Source: a virus (Duplodnaviria; Caudoviricetes). Taken from it: a DNA stretch of 64,000 bases. The DNA is taken from positions 1-64,000 of the IMG/VR virus record IMGVR_UViG_3300021255_000042; one strand, written 5' to 3'. The notes beneath the pieces are model-generated. The model was not told the DNA's origin and searched no databases. It saw nothing but the letters and a program-made list of their open reading frames with translations. Shown here piece after piece: positions 20,626 to 29,602 of this stretch; the stretch's first letter is position 1; every line of letters begins with the position of its first letter. The translations under genes and the position numbers were made by a program.

Positions 20626-20907
20626 ATGCAAGTCTATGTAATCACAATGCTCTACGCCGACTACAAGGGCGAGAGCGTCTGGGTTCTCGGTGTCTATCAA
20701 ACGCTGCAAGCGGCTAAGGATGCCCTTGAACTTCACCTCTATGAACGCTTCGAAGACCTTTTCGAAGATGAAGAGAATTGCTGCCAGAAACTGAAGGAAT
20801 ACGTTGAAGGCGGCTATCAGGACGATTTAACCTGGGAAGTTGGCCTCGACCACGATGACGACATCACCAGGTTCGAAATTCATAAAACCGACCTCTATGA
20901 AAGTTGA
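20626..20907 (+). CDS. acidic hypothetical protein
   Basis: ORF in gene string. Confidence 0.65.
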   Translation: MQVYVITMLYADYKGESVWVLGVYQTLQAAKDALELHLYERFEDLFEDEENCCQKLKEYVEGGYQDDLTWEVGLDHDDDITRFEIHKTDLYES

Positions 20908-21370
20908 ATACAAAATCACGGAACTCGACCACGAAAACCTGGTTGACTTCCTCAGCACCGCCACCTATGGCGACAACACTTTCGACATCTTCACCCCTGA
21001 GGAATTCCAGGAACTCCGTGACCAGGGCGAAGGTGACTGCTGGGAAGATAAGCTTGCTAACGTCCTTCTCGCCGGAGGCAAGCTCGACATCGTTGACAAG
21101 GGCGATGACGAGGTAATGCCTGACGAGGTTGCGACCTTCCAGCCCCTCTATCCCAAACACTTCCATCACCTCGAAAAGTACAGCAATGGTTTCGAGGATG
21201 TCGTTTATTACCCGGTCTATCGGATCGGTCTGGAAGACATCATCGAGGCCGCTCAGACCGACGAGGGGTATCGTTACGCAAAGGAGCTGTGGATTGACGA
21301 AATGGGCGACTTCTATACCGCCTGGAATCTTCTCCAGCTCGTAATCTTCGGGGAGGTCGTCTATGGCTAA
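20897..21370 (+). CDS. acidic hypothetical protein
   Basis: ATG 20897 overlaps the end of the upstream gene. Confidence 0.7.
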   Translation: MKVEYKITELDHENLVDFLSTATYGDNTFDIFTPEEFQELRDQGEGDCWEDKLANVLLAGGKLDIVDKGDDEVMPDEVATFQPLYPKHFHHLEKYSNGFEDVVYYPVYRIGLEDIIEAAQTDEGYRYAKELWIDEMGDFYTAWNLLQLVIFGEVVYG

Positions 21371-21543
21371 CGGTTGGCAAAGATACCGGGTCGATGTCAA
21401 TTATGAATACGGCCCGTGGGACACGTTCGTAGTGAATGCGCGATCAGTCCCAGAAGCTCGCAAGATCGCAAAGGAGAAGTATGCCAAGATGTACTTCAAG
21501 AAAGGCTTTATGAAAACCTATGTAGAAAAGGAGAATTACTGAT

Positions 21544-21807
21544 ATGGCAAATTTCACAAAAGTAACGTCCGTTGACCACCTGTTTAAGCTGGTCGCCGAA
21601 GGGCATACCGATTTCTTCATCCAGCTGAATTTCGGTGCCCGTTCAAGCAAGTACATAACGCTTGGAGACGAAGAAGGAACGCTGGAAATCGAGAACCTGA
21701 TTGACGATTCAAGACAGACCTTAACCGCCAAGGAGATAATGGACGAATCTTTCACCAATATCGGTAAGGCCATCAGTTACGGATCGTTCTGGATGGAAGA
21801 AGACTAA
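21544..21807 (+). CDS. hypothetical protein
   Basis: ORF in gene string. Confidence 0.65.
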   Translation: MANFTKVTSVDHLFKLVAEGHTDFFIQLNFGARSSKYITLGDEEGTLEIENLIDDSRQTLTAKEIMDESFTNIGKAISYGSFWMEED

Positions 21808-21835
21808 TCATTAACAATCACAAAATCAGTAAATT

Positions 21836-22363
21836 ATGACACAGGCTGAACTCAACTTCCTGGAGGGCGTACCGAGAACCCTGAAGGAAATCGCAAAGCA
21901 TCTCGGAACCATCGCTGAAGCTTCCGCACACGAGGCGGCTTCCACAAAGAAAGTGGTTGTGGAGAACGCTCCCAGCCAAGAAACCACAGAGGTCAAATTC
22001 GACCTTTCCAACCTGAATCCCACCTGGGACGAGGAACGTCAGGCCGTTTTCATTCCCATCATCAACAAGTATCTGGACGCTAAGCACAGCGAGAAGGAAA
22101 TGACCTGGGATGAGGCTATGGCGTATGCCAAGAAAGCCGGTAAGGAACTCCCCAGCCAGCACGAAATGTTCGCTATCCTGTTCTTCAAGGATAAAATCAA
22201 TGAAATCTTGGAGGAACACGGCGGCGATCTCCTGACCGAATGGGCGTGGGCCTCCACGGAGTACTCGGCCAACATCGCCTGGGTCGTGAACTTCGTTGAT
22301 GGCTACGTGCTCACCACCATCAAGTACTTCTCCTACTATGTGCGTGCTGTTGCGGCCATTTAA
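21836..22363 (+). CDS. DUF1566/CLec-fold protein, probable DGR target
   Basis: TWDEAMAYAK..ELPSQHE..WASTEYSANIAWVVNFVDG..YYVRAV motifs. Confidence 0.8.
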   Translation: MTQAELNFLEGVPRTLKEIAKHLGTIAEASAHEAASTKKVVVENAPSQETTEVKFDLSNLNPTWDEERQAVFIPIINKYLDAKHSEKEMTWDEAMAYAKKAGKELPSQHEMFAILFFKDKINEILEEHGGDLLTEWAWASTEYSANIAWVVNFVDGYVLTTIKYFSYYVRAVAAI

Positions 22364-22417
22364 GCGGCGGTAGCATTGAAGTCGATTTTTCGCCCCGCCG
22401 CTTTGACGCGGCGGGGC
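22241..22417 (+). other. DGR-like variable region plus downstream GC hairpin
   Basis: Run of NNC/NNT codons at typical AAC-derived positions; perfect 10-bp stem 22392-22401/22408-22417. Confidence 0.6.
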
Positions 22418-22427
22418 ATAATTAAAA

Positions 22428-22829
22428 ATGCGTATGAAAACGACAAATACCTGGGAAATATCGCAGCGGCTCAGCGGGCTTGAATACAACCTCCTGAAAA
22501 GAGCCGTGGTTGCGCTCGGCGGTTCAGTAAGCTTCGTCAATGATGACGAGGATGAAAGCGAAATGCCTATCGTCCCCGCAAATCCAAGAAACGATAACTG
22601 TCCGTGCGATTTCTACATCACACGCCTCGAAGTCAACAAGGGCGGCCTATCAATCTACGGCTACCGCAACGATGAGTATTCATCGATAGATGACGAGGTG
22701 GAAATTTGGCCCGGTGACATCTATGCTGGATGGATCAACTACATCTTCGACTATCTCCCTGAGGTTGACGGCTTCAATGCGTTCGCAACCAAGGAAGAAC
22801 TGGAAGCACTCATTAAAGACATTGCCTAA
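22428..22829 (+). CDS. hypothetical protein
   Basis: ORF in gene string. Confidence 0.65.
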   Translation: MRMKTTNTWEISQRLSGLEYNLLKRAVVALGGSVSFVNDDEDESEMPIVPANPRNDNCPCDFYITRLEVNKGGLSIYGYRNDEYSSIDDEVEIWPGDIYAGWINYIFDYLPEVDGFNAFATKEELEALIKDIA

Positions 22830-23161
22830 TGGAAGGAAAGACACAGTTGCGCTCCGACCTTAAGAAGTTCCGGGCGCAGAGGACAAGCCTGAAGATGGCC
22901 GTCCTTGAAACGCTCAACAAACTCGGAAAACACGGCATCGAGTTCACGGACGATTCCAAGCGTCCCTGGGCGATTAACCTGGAGGTTTACCGTGAGTTTC
23001 CGGTGAGAGAAATCCGTATGTATGAAAATAAATTGCAGCTGAAGGATTGGGACGTGGAGCACGCTGAATGGGAAGATGCCAGCTTTGACTGGGATCGTGA
23101 GAACTGGCTGGAGCTCGCTGATGTCGCCACCCTCCTTGTAGATGCAGAAATCTGGGATTGA
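22829..23161 (+). CDS. hypothetical protein
   Basis: TAATG-coupled ORF. Confidence 0.65.
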   Translation: MEGKTQLRSDLKKFRAQRTSLKMAVLETLNKLGKHGIEFTDDSKRPWAINLEVYREFPVREIRMYENKLQLKDWDVEHAEWEDASFDWDRENWLELADVATLLVDAEIWD

Positions 23162-23162
23162 C

Positions 23163-23414
23163 ATGGCTTACAAACTCAAAGTACTGCTTATGAACAGCGT
23201 GGCCCTTTCCGTTTTTGAGGAAGATGGTTTCGCCGGAGTGAAGAAAGCGTACAACGAAACTGGAGAGCTGTGCGGTTGTGACTGCGAGTATATCGAAAAG
23301 ACGTTCCGTACCAAGGCGGCCAAGGAAGCCTTCATTGACGGAATGGCTACAATCGCCGAGCACTTCGAGTTGTGTGAGTATGCCATCCTCGATAATCATT
23401 GTCGTTGGGAGTAA
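23163..23414 (+). CDS. hypothetical protein
   Basis: ATG 23163 directly after the upstream stop. Confidence 0.6.
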   Translation: MAYKLKVLLMNSVALSVFEEDGFAGVKKAYNETGELCGCDCEYIEKTFRTKAAKEAFIDGMATIAEHFELCEYAILDNHCRWE

Positions 23415-23416
23415 TT

Positions 23417-23436
23417 AGTGGTCAACTTTTCACTCC
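23417..23436 (+). promoter_or_regulatory. 20-bp element AGTGGTCAACTTTTCACTCC, copy 2 (upstream of the RT operon)
   Basis: Identical to 13699-13718. Confidence 0.6.
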
Positions 23437-23483
23437 TTTCCTCTCATAAGAAACTATTCTTTTAACAGTAACACATCATTTTT

Positions 23484-24686
23484 ATGGGATATTCAAGAAG
23501 CGATACCGCCCATAAGTGGGCGCATCAACTGAAGGAACGCGTGGCCTTATCAGATAATCTCTGGGCAGAAGGGACACGCCTCTATTCCTATCGCACCGTC
23601 ATCGGCCAAATATTCTTCTTCAAGAACGGCCACCGGTGCTACATCATTCAAAACGGAAGTTTCTCCAGCTCAACTTCCAAGCATCAGGGCTATATGACTT
23701 CCGCTATTCCTGGCAACTACCTGACGCTTCCGCTTTATGTGGATCGCGGCACGAACTGGGGATGGAGCGGATTCGGTTGTTGTCCGAAATGCAACGAGGT
23801 TACGCCAGAGAAAACGCAGATGAGCTTCCTCTTCGACCAGGCCATCGATTTGCTCCAGGCCATTGAGAAATACAAGGATGACAAAACGCTGAAGAGCGAG
23901 AAGGAAAATCTCGTGGTTCGTATCTGGAATAATATGCAGATGTTCTGCGAGATTTCCGGCGAAGTAAGCATCAGCAAGGTCATCAATACCAAGAACGCTG
24001 ATTGGCGTTGCGAGGCACACGACTGGTACCGTGAACTGAAGAAGGAACGCGTGAACAAAATGCGTAAAGCCCTGCGTTGTCTAAAGGCAGGGATGACGAC
24101 CGACCAGGTTGTCGATGCCATTCTCGGCGAGGGCACTTACAAGGCATACATCGACAGAACCGCCAAGATTCGCAGGGGCCTCGCAACTTACCGTGCAAAT
24201 GCGGCGAACCGCCAAGCCGAGCGTGAACGTGTAGCAGCGTTGTCAGAAAAAGAGCGAATCCTTGAAAAGCTCCCCGAACCGCTACGCACAGAAATCTCCG
24301 AGCGCATCGAAGCCGGTGACAGAACCGTCTATCGTGACCTGTACCACCTCGGCTATATCAACAACATTCCCTACTGCTATTCCGACAACTCGGACATCTA
24401 TCGTGGCGGCAATGTTCTGATGCGGCTCCATAAGGGAATCGTTGAAACCAGCAAGGGTATGAAAGTGACCATAGATGAATGTAAGCGTCTGTGGAAGCTC
24501 ATTTGCCGGTGGCACGAGAATCAAAACTCCTTCACGTCTGGAGAAAGGGCAATCACCCAGGGTTACAGCAGCTCTGGCTGGGAAATCCGGGCCTACCTCC
24601 ATGACGTTCTCCACGCAGGTTGCCATTCTATCGCCTATGAGGAAATGCGCGACCTCGCAATCGAACTCAAACTTATAGCAGCATAG
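23484..24686 (+). CDS. hypothetical protein (400 aa), ends 4 nt upstream of the RT
   Basis: Long ORF. Confidence 0.8.
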   Translation: MGYSRSDTAHKWAHQLKERVALSDNLWAEGTRLYSYRTVIGQIFFFKNGHRCYIIQNGSFSSSTSKHQGYMTSAIPGNYLTLPLYVDRGTNWGWSGFGCCPKCNEVTPEKTQMSFLFDQAIDLLQAIEKYKDDKTLKSEKENLVVRIWNNMQMFCEISGEVSISKVINTKNADWRCEAHDWYRELKKERVNKMRKALRCLKAGMTTDQVVDAILGEGTYKAYIDRTAKIRRGLATYRANAANRQAERERVAALSEKERILEKLPEPLRTEISERIEAGDRTVYRDLYHLGYINNIPYCYSDNSDIYRGGNVLMRLHKGIVETSKGMKVTIDECKRLWKLICRWHENQNSFTSGERAITQGYSSSGWEIRAYLHDVLHAGCHSIAYEEMRDLAIELKLIAA

Positions 24687-24690
24687 TTAT

Positions 24691-25956
24691 ATGGAAGACA
24701 AAATTCTATCAATGTTCTTTGAAATGGAACGCTGGCAGTACGCCATCGGAAAGGGCATTGGTAAGGACGTAAGGCGCGATCAGCTCTACCAACTTGCCAA
24801 GCCTGAAGTCCGTGCGGCCATCTACCAGGCCATCAAGGAAGGGCGGTATCAAATTTCACCGCCACACACAGCAAAAATCCCCAAGGATACTCCTGGGGAA
24901 TTCAGAACGGTCTATGTCAACGAACCGATTGACCGCATCGTCCTCAGTATCGCAAACGACCTCCTGTTTGAGTTGTGCCCGGATATGATTCACCCGGCGT
25001 GCAAGTCCTACCAGAAGGGAATCGGATGCGGCAAGGTCGTGCAGCAGGTCAGTCATATCGTTTGTGAGACCAAAGGTAACATTCGTGGCTGGAAGTCAGA
25101 CCTCAGCAAGTATTTCGATTCGGTTCCAATCCGCTTTATTGACGGAGTGTTCGACAAGGTTGAACAGCGTCACGGTAAGTCTGCCGTTATCGATGTTTTG
25201 CGGAAGTACTACCACAGCAACGTCTTCTTCAACGAGGATGGTGTGGTATGTGAAGCTTACCAGTCTCTCAAACAAGGTTGCGCAGTCGCCGCCTTCCTCG
25301 CCGATGCCATCCTGTATCACGTTGACCAGAAGCTTGCCGACCTGGGTGGGTTCTACATTCGCTACTCGGATGATATGCTCTTCTTGGGCGAGAACTACGA
25401 AAAAGCAATGCAGATTCTCCAGGACGAGCTGGGAAAGATGGAAATGAAGCTCAACCCCAAGAAGGTCGAATACCTGACCGCCGACAAGTGGTTCAAGTTC
25501 CTCGGCTATTCCATCAAGGGTGCAGACATTTCATTATCCTCCACACGCATCAAGACCTTCCAGAAAGAGATTGAACACCGCACCATCAAGAATCGCGGGA
25601 TTTCTATGAAGAAGGCCGTGAACGCGGTTAACCGGTATCTGTACAAGGGTAACGGCGAATTCAGCTGGGCCACACAAATCCTTCCAGTCTGCAACGTCCG
25701 CAAGGACATCGACACCTTGAATGTGTTCGTGATGGATTGCCTGCGGGCCGTGGTGACTGGTAAGCGCAAGATCGGTGGCCTCGGTTACGTTGTAAGCGGA
25801 AAGGATGGCTGTATTGCCAGGGGCCGTGGAAGGAACGTGACCGCAAACCGCCAGAAAACCGAGAAAGAAATTGAAGGGTACCTCACGCTGGGATGTATGC
25901 AAAATGCAATAGTCACGCGGAGGGCCGTTTACAATACACTTGTAGCATCACTTTAG
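24691..25956 (+). CDS. reverse transcriptase (stand-alone, array-associated)
   Basis: IPKD..FRTVYV, KSDLSKYFDSV, LKQGCAVAAFLA, YIRYSDDMLF and FKFLGYSI motifs; no endonuclease domain visible. Confidence 0.92.
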   Translation: MEDKILSMFFEMERWQYAIGKGIGKDVRRDQLYQLAKPEVRAAIYQAIKEGRYQISPPHTAKIPKDTPGEFRTVYVNEPIDRIVLSIANDLLFELCPDMIHPACKSYQKGIGCGKVVQQVSHIVCETKGNIRGWKSDLSKYFDSVPIRFIDGVFDKVEQRHGKSAVIDVLRKYYHSNVFFNEDGVVCEAYQSLKQGCAVAAFLADAILYHVDQKLADLGGFYIRYSDDMLFLGENYEKAMQILQDELGKMEMKLNPKKVEYLTADKWFKFLGYSIKGADISLSSTRIKTFQKEIEHRTIKNRGISMKKAVNAVNRYLYKGNGEFSWATQILPVCNVRKDIDTLNVFVMDCLRAVVTGKRKIGGLGYVVSGKDGCIARGRGRNVTANRQKTEKEIEGYLTLGCMQNAIVTRRAVYNTLVASL

Positions 25957-25969
25957 GTTAACGCAAGCC

Positions 25970-26790
25970 GGTAAATGAAAGCTGGAATGTTTAGTTCGCT
26001 GTTGTTCTAACCAGAAGTAAAGAGTCTCCGGCACTGTTTATTCTACAGTGCCCGTGACTCAACTTCTGGCGATAACAGCCAACATCGATTGATTACAGAA
26101 ACGCGTTATACAGCTTGAATTTGCCCCGTAGCACAACGGTTATGTTCCTGTCAACAGAGATTTTCCCGCACGCCGCGCAAACTCCTGAAATACTCGACAC
26201 CAACTCTGTCGATATTGTCAGGATTCGCGGCGTGCTGAATCGCAAGAGTACAGAAGTGTGCCGAAGTTGTGATGGAACGCGATGCGACAATGCAAGAACT
26301 TCCAGTGGAACTGCGCGAATTCAAATGAGACGACTTGGAATAAGCCCCAGGGAACCTGGCTGCGTCTTATCTGACGCTTCCCGGTTCACTTTGGCTTCTC
26401 AGTCGTCCTATATCATTGCAATACAGAAATGCACCCGCAGTTGGCTGGAAGAAAGTGTGATAATGGTGCCCAAGGTTAGATTCGTTTTACAGGATCAGAT
26501 GCTAATATGACGTGTACCTGTATTGCAGAAGACATATCGAGGTTAACGTCTTCTTTCATACAGGTTACGTCATCTGTATCTGATGCTTAATCAAAACCGT
26601 AGAGAAACACACCAGTCTAATGAGGGCATAACGTTGAAGTACATCAACAAACCTGAACAATGAGGTTAGGTTGTCATACGCCGGTTTCGGAAAAGTCGAT
26701 CTTCCAGCTGTAGGTCAGCTGGATGATCATCAGACAACCGGCGTTTCAATCGAACGATTACAGGCTTGTACAACAACCTCTGAGTTCAAT
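25970..26790 (+). ncRNA. structured ncRNA array 1 (5 units)
   Basis: Each unit has an outer stem, a long inner hairpin and ATC-N7-TA[C/G]AG (ATC at 26084, 26239, 26412, 26590, 26749). Confidence 0.8.
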
Positions 26791-26804
26791 AATCTGAAAT
26801 CATT

Positions 26805-27260
26805 ATGCAAAACATCTGGGAAGAAACCATCCAGGCGGTCAATGAAGGCAAACGATTCAAAGTTGACTTCGAGAACCGCAACCTGAAAGTTGACGGCAAG
26901 TTCATCATCGAGAATGGCCAGTACGAAGGTCAGCTCGGTCTTGAACGCGTCAGCTCTGCTGAAATGCTGGAGGAAATTGAAACCCTCTATCAGCATTACA
27001 AGCACTCCATCCCGTCTGAGAGGAGCCAATCTAAGAGCAGAAACTACTTCCGCGCTCTTCCTGAGCCCGAACTGGAAGATGACGATATGCTCTATGGGGA
27101 CAATCGTGAGGTTTCCCAGGCTTCTCTCGAACTCTACATACTCATCTGCATCCTGAACGGTTCGTTCAATGTCAGTGAGGTCTTCACCGCCGGACAGTGG
27201 TTCTGGCAATCAAACAACGACCGCGATTTGGTCATCCTCCGTAAATGGATAGAAAAGTAA
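26805..27260 (+). CDS. hypothetical protein, RT-array partner 1 (151 aa)
   Basis: ORF between the two arrays. Confidence 0.8.
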   Translation: MQNIWEETIQAVNEGKRFKVDFENRNLKVDGKFIIENGQYEGQLGLERVSSAEMLEEIETLYQHYKHSIPSERSQSKSRNYFRALPEPELEDDDMLYGDNREVSQASLELYILICILNGSFNVSEVFTAGQWFWQSNNDRDLVILRKWIEK

Positions 27261-27292
27261 CAAATTATTAACAATTTAATTCATAACGCCTT

Positions 27293-28345
27293 ATGAAAAC
27301 AAACGTAACTTGCCCTACCTGTGGCACCGAACTCACCATCGAAGTCAAGAACGCTCACAAGAAGAACGTTTCTGCAACCGCAACCGCCGCCAACCCGAAC
27401 ACCGCAACTGGTAAGGCTGCATCCCGCATCCAGGCTCTCGCAGCCGCTGGTTATGACGTGACCGGCCTCTTTGCCGTCCAGGGCGCAGCAGGAGAAATCC
27501 TCGTCCGTATGGTAAACGGCGTTCCCACCGCAATCGATGAGAACGATCCCATCTTCGCCAGCATCATGGCTGAGGGTACCGTTCCCGATCGCCGTCTCTT
27601 CAGACGCTGGGTTATGGCCCAGATGTTCCGTATGCTCTCCAGCAAGCACTGGTACGGCGGTGACTACACGAAGGCCATGCACTGCAAGGGTTACGAGTAC
27701 ACCTGGGAAATGACGGTCGAAGAGTTCCGCGTCCAGGCCAAGCTCGCCGCCAACGACCCTGAGAACTTCCTGAAGCGCAACCGTTGGTTCAACCAGACGG
27801 TCGCCGTAAAGATGGCCGAGGACTACTTCAAGGTGCTGAAGCAGTATTTCGATGGCCTGAAGGAGAAACACTGCAAGGGTGTTCCCTACAAGACCATCGG
27901 CGGTACCAACGTCTTCGTGGCCGACTTCTACAAGAAGTTCATCAGCCCGCTCAACCACTACAAGTGGGCCATCGAACGCTCTAAGAATCCCCAGGAGCTG
28001 TACAAGGCCGTAGCCAACTTCAACTACGAGCGCACCAAGCTCCCTTGGGACACCAAGCAGAGCGCAGCCTGGGTTGAAGCCTACAAGGGCTCTGGTGCTT
28101 ACTACACCCTCCAGAACCTCATCCTCTTCCACGGTGCCGTCCTGACCGGCAAGTACAACAAGAAGCTCAACAAGGCCGGTTCCCTCGCATACCTGGAGGA
28201 ACTGGCTGGCGAGTACAGTGCGTCCGGCAGTGACGGATGGCGTATGCTTGCCTGCATGAAGAAGGCCATCGATGACAATGGCATCGACATTGACAAGAAG
28301 CGTGCAGAGTGGGCCGCCAAGAAACGCGCCAAACTTAACAAGTAA
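27293..28345 (+). CDS. hypothetical protein with N-terminal CxxC, RT-array partner 2 (350 aa)
   Basis: CPTCG at the N-terminus; strong codon bias; lies between the two arrays. Confidence 0.85.
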   Translation: MKTNVTCPTCGTELTIEVKNAHKKNVSATATAANPNTATGKAASRIQALAAAGYDVTGLFAVQGAAGEILVRMVNGVPTAIDENDPIFASIMAEGTVPDRRLFRRWVMAQMFRMLSSKHWYGGDYTKAMHCKGYEYTWEMTVEEFRVQAKLAANDPENFLKRNRWFNQTVAVKMAEDYFKVLKQYFDGLKEKHCKGVPYKTIGGTNVFVADFYKKFISPLNHYKWAIERSKNPQELYKAVANFNYERTKLPWDTKQSAAWVEAYKGSGAYYTLQNLILFHGAVLTGKYNKKLNKAGSLAYLEELAGEYSASGSDGWRMLACMKKAIDDNGIDIDKKRAEWAAKKRAKLNK

Positions 28346-28360
28346 TCCGTGGCCGCAAAT

Positions 28361-29585
28361 TGCCATAGATGGTGCCCGGAACGGATTTATACGAGCTGCA
28401 TCCAATACCTGGATTGAACTGGGGCAGTGTCCCAGTTATCCAGGCAGCTCAGCAGCTCGCACATCTGTCAGGTAGAGTAATGCGCCTCCGGGTAGTCTTT
28501 TGGCGAGAGAATACAATGCGCCGTACCAAGATGATTATGTTTTCAGAACGATCACCCCTTAACTCCTGGAAGAACCGTAGATGAGCTCATTCGTAGTACT
28601 CACGAGCTCATCTCCGAACCTTCCAGGATCGCTGTGATCCTTCAATCACAATCGTAGAGTAATGTATCAGAATCTTTGAGGACGGCAATAATAGTGCAAT
28701 GCGTTGTTCAAGATTGGTTTGTTCACATTTAGACGGCCCATATAGCCTTCAGCAGACGAGTAAGGCGACAAACTATGTCGCCTCGCTCGTGCTTGAAGGC
28801 CAAGGCTCCGTCTAATCAATCGGCTTTATACAGGAATGCACCAGTCCAAGTGAGAACAGCGAAGGATAATACAATCAAGATGTCTAAGAGGTGTTCAATT
28901 TATGTTCCTGCGTGGATAAGTTTCTCGTCCAGGCACTCCCTCGTGACCCGCTTTCACAGGTCACAGAGGAGGGCCAGGACGACTATCCCATCACGCAGGC
29001 AGAATCGGAACAATAGAGCTATGTATCACATCTTTGAAGGCATCAAGGTAGTACAACCTCCAGTATCTGGGTGGTCTATATTCAGACAGACATCCAGTAA
29101 TGCGGGGCCATTCCACCTCAGGCGGCCAGCTTATCGACTTGGCGGCCTGAAGATTCCAGGCCCCGCAATTGGATGTCGAACATCGAAGGAATAGAGAAAT
29201 GTACCAGACCATAATGATACTGGAAGCGTGGTAATACGGCCAGGTTGCCAGAGTGCGTTGGAGTTCATAATTCCATCTACACATTCTGTTCGGCATCGCT
29301 TACCCTGACTATCCTCAGGCGAAGCGATGCCCAACAGAATCAAGATGGATTTAATCAAGTTGGTAGAGAATCGTATCACAACGCTGGATGGCAACAATGT
29401 TAAACGGCAATATGGCTTGGGTTCAAAATGGCAGTGTGGTATCATGTGTCCTCCAAAGACACGGGAACCGCGATCTTGATGGCAGGAGGCGGTCACCGTC
29501 CTGCGATGAGATCGCGGGACGCCGTTCTTCGGGAGGTCAGCAATCAATAATGTATAGCGACATATAAAACTGCCTGATTACCCAT
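28361..29585 (+). ncRNA. structured ncRNA array 2 (7 units)
   Basis: Same unit architecture; ATC-N7-TA[C/G/T]AG with ATC at 28463, 28645, 28819, 29004, 29182, 29354, 29543. Confidence 0.8.
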
Positions 29586-29602
29586 TAACATCAACAATTC
29601 AA

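Noticed and set aside
24691-25956. DGR reverse transcriptase for the target at 21836-22363
   Set aside because: Has QG rather than the DGR-type SQ motif; no Avd gene and no AAC-rich template repeat found in the arrays or elsewhere in the window.
24691-26790. Group II intron
   Set aside because: No recognisable domain V/VI after the ORF, only 4 nt between the upstream gene and the RT (no room for intron domains I-III), and no endonuclease domain.
26093-29547. Short ORFs called inside the arrays (e.g. 26115-26510, 28775-29194, 29131-29547)
   Set aside because: Unnatural composition and no plausible leaders; they overlap hairpin units that are better explained as RNA structure.
25970-29585. 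CRISPR array
   Set aside because: No identical direct repeats and no cas genes in the window; conservation is structural, with only a short spaced motif.
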